A program made the position numbers and the translations under genes. DNA of 64,000 bases from Phenylobacterium sp. Lineage in GTDB: Bacteria > Pseudomonadota > Alphaproteobacteria > Caulobacterales > Caulobacteraceae. Where the stretch lies: NCBI RefSeq assembly GCF_036495085.1, contig NZ_DASXNL010000008.1:30015-94014 (forward strand), given 5' to 3'. Positions 47,956-57,168 of this stretch are shown in pieces; position 1 is the first letter of the stretch, and the number at the start of each line of letters is the position of its first letter. The notes under the pieces are model-generated. The model searched no databases, had not been told where the DNA came from, and was given only the letters and a program-made list of their open reading frames with translations.

Positions 47956-48870
47956 ATGGGAACTGTCTCGGCGGGGCGGGCGATCGCGGCGGGGTTCAGG
48001 CTGGTGGGCCGCGAGCCGCTGAGCTTCCTGGTCTGGATGGCCGCCTATCTGCTGGTCGGAGTACTTCCGCAGATAGGCGCCTTTGCGCTGGTCGCGCCGG
48101 CGTGGTCACGGATGATGCGGGAGCTCACCGCAACCGCCGACGCCGGTGGGGCGATGCCCTCCGCCGAAATGATGCGAATGCAGCTGCAGATGATGCAGGC
48201 GCAGCCGATTGCTTGGCTCGCCGGTGTCGTCAGCCACACGCTCGTGCTGAGCGCGATCTACCGCGCCGTACTGTTCCCGGAAGAGCGGAGGTTCTTCTAC
48301 CTGCGGCTCGGCAAGCGGGAGCTTTGGCTTGGGCTCGTCATGCTGGTCTTGGCGGTGATGCTGTTCCTGGCGTTTCTGGCGCTCATGCTGCCCCTTGCCG
48401 TGATCGGCGGAATTGTCGCGGCGGTTTCGCCTGACAGTCGGATGGTCGGCGCTGTGATCGCGCTCATGGTGCTTATGGGTCTAGGAGTCGGGTTGTGGGC
48501 GGCGCTCAGGCTCTCGATGGCGACGCCCATGAGCTTCGCCGAGAACGGCTTCAGGCTCTATGAATCCTGGGGCGTCACCCGGGGACACGCGGGGAAGATG
48601 TTTCTGGTGGGCCTGGCGTTGGCGGTCATCATCTGGATCGCCGAACTTGTCGTCGCCGGCGGTGCGATCGGGGCGGTCGGGACCGCGGGCTTCGAGCACT
48701 TGGGCGACTGGTTCCGACACCCCCACTTCGACCTGGCGAGCGCCACGCCCTGGATCGTCGCCGGGTGCGTTGCGGCCGCCTTCCTGTCGACCGCTTTCTT
48801 CACACTTTTCGGAGCGGCCTGGGCGGAGATCTATCGCGAGCTCTCAGGCAAGACGCAGCCCGCCGTCTGA
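47956..48870 (+). CDS. Polytopic membrane protein, unknown function
   Basis: About 6-7 hydrophobic segments, RBS GGGAGG, coding-like composition. Confidence 0.75.
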   Translation: MGTVSAGRAIAAGFRLVGREPLSFLVWMAAYLLVGVLPQIGAFALVAPAWSRMMRELTATADAGGAMPSAEMMRMQLQMMQAQPIAWLAGVVSHTLVLSAIYRAVLFPEERRFFYLRLGKRELWLGLVMLVLAVMLFLAFLALMLPLAVIGGIVAAVSPDSRMVGAVIALMVLMGLGVGLWAALRLSMATPMSFAENGFRLYESWGVTRGHAGKMFLVGLALAVIIWIAELVVAGGAIGAVGTAGFEHLGDWFRHPHFDLASATPWIVAGCVAAAFLSTAFFTLFGAAWAEIYRELSGKTQPAV

Positions 48871-49860
48871 CTAGAGCTCGCCGCGCAAGACCTGGGCGAA
48901 AAGCTCCGGGTCGACGTTGCCGCCGGAGAGCACCACTCCCACTGTCTTGCCCTGGGCGGAGAGCTTGCCGGCGAGCAGCGCGGCCAACCCGACGATTCCG
49001 CCAGGCTCGACGACCAGCTTAAGCGTCGAGAAGGCGTAGCGCATGGCCTCGGTGACCTCGGTGTTGGTGACGTCGAGCGCGCCGGTGACATTCTTCTTCA
49101 GCATTGGGAAGTTGATCACGCCGGGCGCAGGGCTTTCCAGGGCGTCGCAGAGAGAGCGGCCGGTGGGATGGATGGTCACCCGCTCGCCGGCCTTCAGCGA
49201 GAGCGCCAGGTCGTCGAAGCCGGTGGGTTCTACAGCCCAGAGCTCTGTCGCCGGCGACAGAGCCTTCACGGCTTCCGAGACGCCGGCCATCAAGCCGCCG
49301 CCGCTGGCGGGCGTCAGGACGAGAGCGAAGCTGGCGCCCAGCGTCTCGGCCTGGCGGACCATCTCGAGGCCGGCGGTGCCCTGACCCGCGATGATGTGCG
49401 GGTCGTCAAAGGCCGGTACGACGACAGCGCCGCGGCTCGCGGCGATCTCCGCGGCGATCGCCTCGCGGCTCTCTTTCAGTCGGTCGTAGAGCCTGATATC
49501 GGCGCCGTAGCTGCGGGTGTTGGCGACTTTCATCGCCGGCGCGTCGGACGGCATGACGATCAGGGCGGGCATGCCGAGCAGCCTGGCGGCCAGCGCCACG
49601 CCCTGAGCGTGATTGCCGGAGGAGAAGGCCACGACACCGCGCTTGCGCTCTTCGGGGGTCAGTTGGACCAGCCGATTGTAGGCGCCGCGGAACTTGAAAG
49701 CCCCGACCCGCTGCAGGGTTTCGAGCTTCATGAGCACCCGGCCGCCCACGCGCTCGTTCAGCGCCGGACTCTCCACGAGCGGCGTCTCGACCGCATGTCC
49801 CCGGATCCGGGCGGCGGCCGCCTCGATGTCGGCGAAGGTGACAGTCGCAGCGGCGCTCAC
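48871..49860 (-). CDS. PLP-dependent threonine/serine dehydratase family protein
   Basis: [50 protein letters not shown]; GTG start overlaps VOC stop. Confidence 0.93.
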   Translation of the reverse strand: MSAAATVTFADIEAAAARIRGHAVETPLVESPALNERVGGRVLMKLETLQRVGAFKFRGAYNRLVQLTPEERKRGVVAFSSGNHAQGVALAARLLGMPALIVMPSDAPAMKVANTRSYGADIRLYDRLKESREAIAAEIAASRGAVVVPAFDDPHIIAGQGTAGLEMVRQAETLGASFALVLTPASGGGLMAGVSEAVKALSPATELWAVEPTGFDDLALSLKAGERVTIHPTGRSLCDALESPAPGVINFPMLKKNVTGALDVTNTEVTEAMRYAFSTLKLVVEPGGIVGLAALLAGKLSAQGKTVGVVLSGGNVDPELFAQVLRGEL

Positions 49861-50276
49861 TTTGCGAACACCATCGCGTCGTCGGCGAAGGCCTTGAACT
49901 CCAACGCATTGCCGGAGGGGTCGAGGAAGAACATCGTGGACTGCTCGCCGGGCTCCCCCTTGAAGCGCGTATGAGGCTCGATGATGAACCTGGTCCCCGC
50001 GGCCTGGAGGCGCTCGGCCAGCGCGTCCCAGTCGGCGGGGTTCAGGATGGCCCCGAAATGGCGCACCGGCACGGCATGGCCATCGACGCTGTTGGTCGAC
50101 ATGTGGCCGACCTCTTCCGGCGCGAGGTGGGCAACGATCTGGTGACCGTGGAAATCGAAGTCGATCCACGCGTCGCTCGAGCGGCCCTCAGGGCAGCCCA
50201 GCAGCTGACCGTAGAACGCGCGAGCCTCGGCCAGGTCGCGAACCGGGAACGCCAAGTGAAAGCGGGGAATGTCCAT
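49857..50276 (-). CDS. VOC/glyoxalase family protein
   Basis: [31 protein letters not shown]. Confidence 0.9.
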   Translation of the reverse strand: MDIPRFHLAFPVRDLAEARAFYGQLLGCPEGRSSDAWIDFDFHGHQIVAHLAPEEVGHMSTNSVDGHAVPVRHFGAILNPADWDALAERLQAAGTRFIIEPHTRFKGEPGEQSTMFFLDPSGNALEFKAFADDAMVFAK

Positions 50277-50567
50277 CGGCGCCTGATAAGCGAAGAATGC
50301 CGGGCGGTCCACGAGCCACACATGCCGTCCGCTTTCGACCCCCTGGCTTCCACGCCAGCCGTGGCCGAAAGATGGAATCACCGAAACTCTGCTGACCTGA
50401 TGCCTCCTGTTGTTCGTCTCCTTGGCGTCGTTCGTGGACAATCGGATGCAGGTCGTCTAAACCCCGCGCCGGCCCGGTTCGCCGGCGCCTCAGTTTGATC
50501 CAAGCCAGTCGCCGAGCACCTGTCGAAGGGCGGCTGGTGTCTCCCGGCAGGTGGAGGGATCGTACCC

Positions 50568-51854
50568 ATGGCCAATGTCACCGTGATCGGCGCCCAGTGG
50601 GGCGACGAGGGTAAGGGCAAACTCGTCGACTGGCTGTCGAACCGCGCCGACGTAGTGGTGCGCTTCCAGGGCGGGCACAACGCCGGCCACACGCTGGTGG
50701 TCGGCAACCAGGTCTACAAGCTGTCGCTGCTGCCGTCGGGCGTCGTGCAGGGAAAGCTCTCGGTGATCGGAAATGGGGTGGTCGTCGATCCCTGGCACCT
50801 GCTGGAAGAGATCGCCAAGCTCGGCGGCCAAGGGGTGGCGATCACACCGGACCTGCTGGTGCTGGCCGACAACGCCTGCCTGATCCTGCCGCTGCACCGC
50901 GACCTTGATCAGGCCCGAGAGGCGGCGGCGATCAAAAAGATCGGCACCACGGGCCGCGGCATCGGCCCAGCCTACGAAGATAAGGTCGGTCGCCGCGCGA
51001 TCCGCGTGGCCGACCTGGCCGACCGCGAGGCCCTGGAAGCCAAGATCGACCGCCTGCTCGCCCATCATGCTCCCCTGCGGCAGGGGCTCGGGCTGCCAAA
51101 GGCCGACGGCGCTGCGTTGCTGGCCGAACTCGAGAAGCTCGCACCGAAGATCTTGCCCTTCGCCAAGCCGGCCTGGCTGCTGCTTGGCGAGCTGGTGAAG
51201 TCGGGCAAACGGGTGCTGTTCGAGGGCGCACAAGGGGCGCTCCTGGACGTCGACCACGGGACCTATCCTTATGTGACTTCTTCCAACACCGTCGCCGGCC
51301 AGGCCGCCGCGGGCTCCGGGCTCGGGCCCAAGGGGCCGGGCTATGTGCTGGGGATCGTCAAGGCCTACACCACCCGCGTCGGGGAGGGGCCTTTCCCCAC
51401 CGAGCTCACGGACGAGGTCGGCCAGCACCTGGGCACGGTGGGCAAGGAAGTCGGCACGGTGACCGGCCGTAGCCGCCGCTGTGGCTGGTTTGACGCCGCG
51501 CTGGTCCGCCAGTCCGTGGCGCTGAACGGCATAAGCGGCATCGCGCTCACCAAGCTCGACGTGCTCGACGGGCTGGCGACGCTGAAGATCTGCGTCGGCT
51601 ATCGGCTCGGTGACCAGACCCTGGGCTACCTGCCCGCCGGCCTGAAGGCGCAAGGGGAGCTCACGCCGATCTACGAGGAGATGGAGGGCTGGAGCGAGAC
51701 CACCCAGGGGGCGCGGTCCTGGCGCGACCTGCCGGCGAACGCCGTCAAGTACGTCCGCCGGATCGAGGAATTGATCGCCGCGCCGGTTGCGTTGCTCTCA
51801 ACCAGTCCCCAGCGCGACGACACCATTCTGATGCGAGATCCGTTCCAGGATTAG
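50568..51854 (+). CDS. purA: Adenylosuccinate synthetase
   Basis: [46 protein letters not shown]. Confidence 0.98.
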   Translation: MANVTVIGAQWGDEGKGKLVDWLSNRADVVVRFQGGHNAGHTLVVGNQVYKLSLLPSGVVQGKLSVIGNGVVVDPWHLLEEIAKLGGQGVAITPDLLVLADNACLILPLHRDLDQAREAAAIKKIGTTGRGIGPAYEDKVGRRAIRVADLADREALEAKIDRLLAHHAPLRQGLGLPKADGAALLAELEKLAPKILPFAKPAWLLLGELVKSGKRVLFEGAQGALLDVDHGTYPYVTSSNTVAGQAAAGSGLGPKGPGYVLGIVKAYTTRVGEGPFPTELTDEVGQHLGTVGKEVGTVTGRSRRCGWFDAALVRQSVALNGISGIALTKLDVLDGLATLKICVGYRLGDQTLGYLPAGLKAQGELTPIYEEMEGWSETTQGARSWRDLPANAVKYVRRIEELIAAPVALLSTSPQRDDTILMRDPFQD

Positions 51855-51937
51855 ATCGTTGGATGAACAGGGTTATCGTCAAGGCGTTCTTTACCAGCGG
51901 CGGTTAGTTAAGAGGAGCCAGCAGGAGCCCGCCGCCC

Positions 51938-52747
51938 TTGTTCAACACCGACGCCAAGATCATCCAGCGCATGGCGCCGTTGCTGCAGCGGGTGATGATC
52001 GTGGATCCACAGCCGGCCGGCGCGCGGCTGATCAGCGAACTGATGCGCGACATCGCCCGCTCTCAGATCTGTGTGGCGGAGACGGAGGCGAAGGCCCTGC
52101 GCTTGACCGCCAGCTTCGAGCCGCAGGTCATCTTCGCCGAGCACGGTTCGACGCCGGTGGACGGCGTGGCCTTCACCCGCAACCTGCGCCGCAGCCACCT
52201 GCCGTGCCGTTACGCGCCGGTGATCATTGTGACCGGTCAGGCCACCGCGGCCGGCATCCTGGAGGCCCGCGACGCCGGCGTTCACGAGTTCCTTCGCAAG
52301 CCATTCACGCTCAAGGACCTCCTGCGGCGGCTGGAGGCGGTGACGCTTCGTCCGCGCGATTGGGTCGAGGCGGTCTGCTACGTCGGCCCCGACCGGCGGC
52401 GGTTCAATTCGGGCGACTATACCGGCGCCCTGAAGCGCCGCTCCGATGCGCGCGCGACGCCTGATTCAGAGCGCCTCGCCCAGGCCCTGAAGATCCTGCG
52501 CTCGGCGATCGTCGCGGTCGGCAGCGATCCCGTTCAGGCCATGCGCTCCATGCAGGCCCAGGTCACCGACCTGCGCAAATGCGGCATGAGCGTCGCCGAC
52601 CTGAAGCTGACCACCTCGGCCATCGACTTCGGCCGTCATCTCGACCAGATCGAGCGCAAGGGCGCACCCTACGATGGCGAGGAACTGGCCGCGAAAGCCG
52701 CCCCTCTGCTGGCCTACATGCCACAGGAAGAAGCCGTCGCGGCGTGA
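51938..52747 (+). CDS. CheY-like receiver protein with Arg-rich c-di-GMP-binding region (Cle-like)
   Basis: Receiver fold (MIVD..., EFLRKPF) followed by W....YVGPDRRR.....Y.G..KRRSD; phospho-Asp position appears to be Glu. Confidence 0.75.
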   Translation: MFNTDAKIIQRMAPLLQRVMIVDPQPAGARLISELMRDIARSQICVAETEAKALRLTASFEPQVIFAEHGSTPVDGVAFTRNLRRSHLPCRYAPVIIVTGQATAAGILEARDAGVHEFLRKPFTLKDLLRRLEAVTLRPRDWVEAVCYVGPDRRRFNSGDYTGALKRRSDARATPDSERLAQALKILRSAIVAVGSDPVQAMRSMQAQVTDLRKCGMSVADLKLTTSAIDFGRHLDQIERKGAPYDGEELAAKAAPLLAYMPQEEAVAA

Positions 52748-52797
52748 GGCCAGCGTGGCCGTCGCCGCGGCGTGACGCGGACGCCCGAGCGGGCGCG

Positions 52798-53541
52798 CTA
52801 CTCGACTTCCCAATCGAACTCGCCGCGCACGTCGAAAGGCGCTTCGCAGAGGCATGTGTTCAGGCCTTCACGGGTGCCTTTGCGCGGCAGGCGGAAGACG
52901 AACTCGATGCGGTCCTTCGCGAAGGATTTGTGTTCGCCGACGATCTTGCAGCCCTGGCCCTCCAGCACCTGGCGATAGACCTGGGCGCATTCTCCGACGC
53001 GTCCCGGCGGGAGCTGGCTGATCCTGACGCGGCAGATGGGCCGCGAATCGAACAGGTAGATCAGGACGAAGGCGAAGAGCGTGGTGATCGCCGCAAAATG
53101 CGGCAGGCCGAGGCCGCAGCTCAGCCCCACCAGGGTGACGATGATAAGCCGGCCGGTATTCCGCGCCGAGGCCGTATCGGTGCGGAACCTCATTAGCCCG
53201 CCGAGGCCGAAGACCACTACGCCGACGACCATGCCGAACTCGCGCACAGTCACCCCGATCACCGCGCCGATGAAGGCGTAGAGAATATAGACCCTGGGCA
53301 TGTCGGCTTCGCTGAGGGTATCCACCGTACGCGGAGTAGTCGGGTGGTAGGCGATCAGCACGCTTAGCCCTGTCGCCATGAGCAGGGCGCCGATCGACTC
53401 GGCCATGAAGCGCGTGTCGAGGAAGCCGGCCCAGCCGGCGGCGGAAAGCTGGCCCTGCGGCGCCTCGAACAGCCCGTGGGTCTGAGCCCAGGCGACACTC
53501 GGCGCCAACAGCAACAGAAGAAAGATCGTCAGCGATCGCAT
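52798..53541 (-). CDS. DUF4956-like membrane protein with signal peptide
   Basis: AWA-Q signal, 4-5 TMs, FGLGGLMRFRT..A..TG..I..VGL.CG.G pattern and C-terminal ACT-like domain. Confidence 0.7.
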   Translation of the reverse strand: MRSLTIFLLLLLAPSVAWAQTHGLFEAPQGQLSAAGWAGFLDTRFMAESIGALLMATGLSVLIAYHPTTPRTVDTLSEADMPRVYILYAFIGAVIGVTVREFGMVVGVVVFGLGGLMRFRTDTASARNTGRLIIVTLVGLSCGLGLPHFAAITTLFAFVLIYLFDSRPICRVRISQLPPGRVGECAQVYRQVLEGQGCKIVGEHKSFAKDRIEFVFRLPRKGTREGLNTCLCEAPFDVRGEFDWEVE

Positions 53542-53660
53542 TTGATATCCGCCCACGCCCAATTGGGCAGGTTGGGCGCGGCCCGCGGCTTTGGCAAGCG
53601 GGGCCACCTGGAGATACCGAAGGCGGTGCGCCCGCGCCGTCGAGGCGATATGATCGGCCC

Positions 53661-54779
53661 ATGACCAGGGTGTTCGCCGGCTTACTCGCCGTGCTCGCGG
53701 TGAGCTTAGCGGCTCCCGCGCAAGCGCAATCCGCATGGGACCATGTCGCCCGCGTAGTGGTGATCGGTGACCTGCACGGCGATTATGGAAAGTTTCACGA
53801 CCAGCTCATCCAGGCCGGCCTGATCAACGGGCGGGACGCCTGGAGCGGGGGCGCGACCCACCTTGTGCAGCTCGGCGATGTTCCTGATCGCGCTCCCGAC
53901 ACCCGCAAGATCCTCGATCTGCTGATTAAGCTCGAGCCGCAGGCGCGCCGCGCAGGCGGCTACGTGCACGCACTGATTGGCAACCACGAAGCCATGAACA
54001 TGGAGGGCGACCTGCGCTATACGACGCCGGCGGAATTTGCGGCGTTCGTGGATCGCGATTCCGCGGCGCGACGCGACGCCTACTATGCCCGCGTCGTCGA
54101 CGCGCTGAAGGCGAACCCGCCGGCCGCAGGAGTGCCGACCTTCGACGAGGCGTTTCGCGCGAAGTTCGACGCCGAGCACCCGCTGGGCTGGGTGGAGCAT
54201 CGGGCCGCCTGGTCGCCGAACGGTGTCTACGGACGGTGGGTGCTGACGCACAACGCGGTCATACGCATTGATGACGCCCTCTACCTGCACGGCGGGATCG
54301 GCCCGGAGTTCGCGAGCTTTGACATCGATGTCCTGAACAAGGCTGTGATCTCCGCCCTGCGCCACGATCCGCAGGACGCCGCCGGCCCCCAGGACATCCT
54401 GTGGAACGAGCAGGGCCCGCTCTGGTATCGCGGCATGGCGATGAACGACGAGGCTACGGAAGCCGCGCACGTCGCCGCGGTCCTGACGCGCTATAAGGTG
54501 CGCCGCATCGTGCTCGGCCACACCAAGCGCTACTCTATGGTGAACGCCCGTTTCGACGGCGGGGTGATCCTGACCGACATCGCCGTCCCAGGTGGTTGCC
54601 TCGACCCTCATGGGTTCCTGATCAAGGAAGGCGACACCCTCACCGCCGTGCACCGCGGCCACCGCCTGACGCTGGGCCTGTCCGGCGCAGCGCATGACGC
54701 TTACCTCGCCGAGATCGCGGCCCTGGACCGTGCGGTCGCGCTTGGGGCGGGGCTCGCCCCGACATGCACGGTGAAATAA
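53661..54779 (+). CDS. Secreted calcineurin-like/PPP metallophosphoesterase (Shewanella-like phosphatase type)
   Basis: AQA-Q signal; GDLHG, GDVPDR, GNHE, HGG, GHT motifs. Confidence 0.9.
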   Translation: MTRVFAGLLAVLAVSLAAPAQAQSAWDHVARVVVIGDLHGDYGKFHDQLIQAGLINGRDAWSGGATHLVQLGDVPDRAPDTRKILDLLIKLEPQARRAGGYVHALIGNHEAMNMEGDLRYTTPAEFAAFVDRDSAARRDAYYARVVDALKANPPAAGVPTFDEAFRAKFDAEHPLGWVEHRAAWSPNGVYGRWVLTHNAVIRIDDALYLHGGIGPEFASFDIDVLNKAVISALRHDPQDAAGPQDILWNEQGPLWYRGMAMNDEATEAAHVAAVLTRYKVRRIVLGHTKRYSMVNARFDGGVILTDIAVPGGCLDPHGFLIKEGDTLTAVHRGHRLTLGLSGAAHDAYLAEIAALDRAVALGAGLAPTCTVK

Positions 54780-54782
54780 CGC

Positions 54783-55844
54783 CTAGCGACAGTGCCCGAC
54801 TAAACTTTTCTGGACGCGCTGCGGATCATCAAGAACCGCATAGAAGCCGTCGATGAAACGCGCCGTCTTGTTGCGGAAGCCGTCGTTCAGGCGCGGCTCG
54901 CCGTTGATCAGCGCCATCACCTGCGCGCGGTGGTCTCGGTATTCCTCGACGACGGCGGGAATATCGCCGCTGCTCACGCAATAGCCACGGTAGAGGCGCT
55001 CCGTCAGTTTGGTCACCGGAAGACTGGGTGGCGGTCCCGCGTACGGCGAATCCACAAAGCCTGAGTAGTCGAAGTCATAGGGCACCGGCGCCACGCCGCT
55101 CGCTGTGGCCGGCGTCGCCTTCCGCGCGGCGACAAGAAGGGCGTTGTGGCAGCAGTCGGCGCCCGGCGGTGCTGCGAGAAAATCCCAGTCGAGGTTGCCG
55201 ATCATGAACTCGAACAACGCCGCTCGCGCCGAAGCCCGCGCGTCCAGCTGCGCTGCCGAGATCTCGTGCGACTTGGCCGCGAGGTGGTCGCGCTGGTTGC
55301 GGTCGGCGACATCGTCGATGTTCTCGACCAGGAAGCCGAACCGCTTCACCGGCTCGCCACCGCCGGCGCTGTTCTGATACGTGACGTCCGCCGCGCGCAC
55401 CCGGAAGCTCATCGGCGTCATCAGATTGTAGAGCCGATAGGCGAGGTACTCGAGCACGATGCGTTGCTCATAGTCCGACACCGGCCGGCAGTAGGTCACC
55501 AGCTTGAGCTTGTGCTGACCCTGGAAGACGGTTCCGTGCGCCGCGGCCTTGTCGAACTTCAGGTAGAGCGGCGGAAAGCTGCAATAGCCGGCGGTGCGCC
55601 GGGTGTGGCCGCGCGGTCTCAACTCGACGGGCAGGGTCTTGGGAGCGCCCGCGCCGTCGACGACCGACAGGCTGGCTGGGTAAGGCTTAGTGCTCGTCTT
55701 GGCGCTGCTGACCAGGGCCGGAAAAGGGGCGCTGATGACGATTTGGAGAGGTGCGTCACTGGAAAACAGCCGCGATTGCGCCGCTGCAGGTAGTGCGACA
55801 GCCCACGTAAGCGCCATGAGCCCGCACCAAAGCGCCCTGTCCAT
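54783..55844 (-). CDS. Secreted protein with CotH/atypical kinase-like motifs
   Basis: AAA-Q signal; KLKLVTYC, EYLAYRLY, GFLVE, FEFMIGNLDW..HN, PYDFD resemble CotH/PI3K-like kinase elements. Confidence 0.6.
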   Translation of the reverse strand: MDRALWCGLMALTWAVALPAAAQSRLFSSDAPLQIVISAPFPALVSSAKTSTKPYPASLSVVDGAGAPKTLPVELRPRGHTRRTAGYCSFPPLYLKFDKAAAHGTVFQGQHKLKLVTYCRPVSDYEQRIVLEYLAYRLYNLMTPMSFRVRAADVTYQNSAGGGEPVKRFGFLVENIDDVADRNQRDHLAAKSHEISAAQLDARASARAALFEFMIGNLDWDFLAAPPGADCCHNALLVAARKATPATASGVAPVPYDFDYSGFVDSPYAGPPPSLPVTKLTERLYRGYCVSSGDIPAVVEEYRDHRAQVMALINGEPRLNDGFRNKTARFIDGFYAVLDDPQRVQKSLVGHCR

Positions 55845-56000
55845 ACCGGTTCCCCCTCGGCTTCAAGGCTGATCTTGGCATGGCCAGCGAAAGCCTTGAA
55901 GGGGCCGGTGAGCGCCGATTACCGATCAGGTCGCTACGTCGTCCGCGAGCCGCCGGCCCCCGCGCCAGGCATTTATCGACGCCGGCGTCTCGTCGCGGAC

Positions 56001-56034
56001 AAAAAAAGGGCGTCCACTTGGTCGGTGGACGCCC
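56001..56034 (-). terminator. Intrinsic terminator of rpoH
   Basis: Minus strand GGGCGTCCAC-N7-GTGGACGCCC-T7. Confidence 0.9.
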
Positions 56035-56063
56035 TTCGATGGTTCCTTGAACCGCGCTTAAGC

Positions 56064-56951
56064 CTACGCGTCGACGAGGTTCCGCTCCTCGGCGGCGGCT
56101 TTCATCGACTTCTGCAACTTCTCGAAGGCGCGTACTTCGATCTGGCGCACGCGCTCGCGGCTGACACCGTACTGAGAGGCGAGCTCTTCCAGGGTTGTGG
56201 GCTCGTCCTTCAACCGGCGCTCGGTCAGAATGTGCCGCTCGCGGTCCGTGAGCTCGGTCATGGCCTCCTCAAGGAGGCCCATCCGGAGCGACTTTTCCTG
56301 ACTGTCGGCGACAACGCTTTCCTGGCTGGGTGTCTTGTCGTCCACCAGCCAGTCCTGCCATTCGCTCTCGCTGTCGGCCCGCATGGGCGAGTTCAGTGAG
56401 GCGTCACCGCCGGAGAGGCGGCGGTTCATCGATACGACTTCCTCGTCCAGCACCCCCAGCTTGGTGGCGATCACGCTCACCTGGTCGGGGTGGAGGTCGC
56501 CCTCCTGAAGGGCGGAAATCTCGCTCTTCGCCTTGCGCAGGTTGAAGAACAGCTTCTTCTGCGCAGCGGTGGTGCCCATCTTCACCAGACTCCAGGAGCG
56601 CAGGATGTACTCCTGGATGGACGCGCGAATCCACCACATGGCGTAGGTCGCCAGGCGGAAGCCCTTGTCCGGGTCGAACTTCTTGACCGCCTGCATCAGA
56701 CCGACGTTGCCTTCGGAAATCACCTCACCGATCGGCAGGCCGTAGCCGCGATAGCCCATGGCGATCTTGGCCACGAGGCGCAGGTGGCTGGTCACCAGTC
56801 GATGGGCGGCGTCGGGATCCTCATGCTCCTGCCAGCGCTTGGCCAGCATGAACTCCTCGTCTTTCGCCAGCATCGGAAACTTGCGGATCTCGGACAGGTA
56901 TCGGCTGAGGCCGCCGTCCGGCGACATCACAGCTAGGGCGCTTGCGGCCAT
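56064..56951 (-). CDS. rpoH: RNA polymerase sigma-32 factor
   Basis: LVTSHLRLVAKIA, RpoH box QKKLFFNLRK, GVSRERVRQIE. Confidence 0.98.
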   Translation of the reverse strand: MAASALAVMSPDGGLSRYLSEIRKFPMLAKDEEFMLAKRWQEHEDPDAAHRLVTSHLRLVAKIAMGYRGYGLPIGEVISEGNVGLMQAVKKFDPDKGFRLATYAMWWIRASIQEYILRSWSLVKMGTTAAQKKLFFNLRKAKSEISALQEGDLHPDQVSVIATKLGVLDEEVVSMNRRLSGGDASLNSPMRADSESEWQDWLVDDKTPSQESVVADSQEKSLRMGLLEEAMTELTDRERHILTERRLKDEPTTLEELASQYGVSRERVRQIEVRAFEKLQKSMKAAAEERNLVDA

Positions 56952-57168
56952 GCTTCATCCCCTCAATTTTCTTGGACGTCCTGGCCCGTGCGCAAACTTG
57001 CGCACAGCGTCCACCCGTCCCCCTCACCCGCACAGATATGTACGAGATGGCGGCGACGGAAGACCGTTGGGAGGACGGTCTGAATGTCCGACTGCTCTAG
57101 TGGGACTTTCTAGCGTCCGAAGTTGGCGCCATCAAGGCGATGATATCTCACAAGGTCCGCAACAAAGC

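Noticed and set aside
56988-57005. GTGCGCAA-AC-TTGCGCAC hairpin in the rpoH leader as a thermometer or operator
   Set aside because: It does not cover the RBS and matches no motif I recognise (not CIRCE); insufficient support
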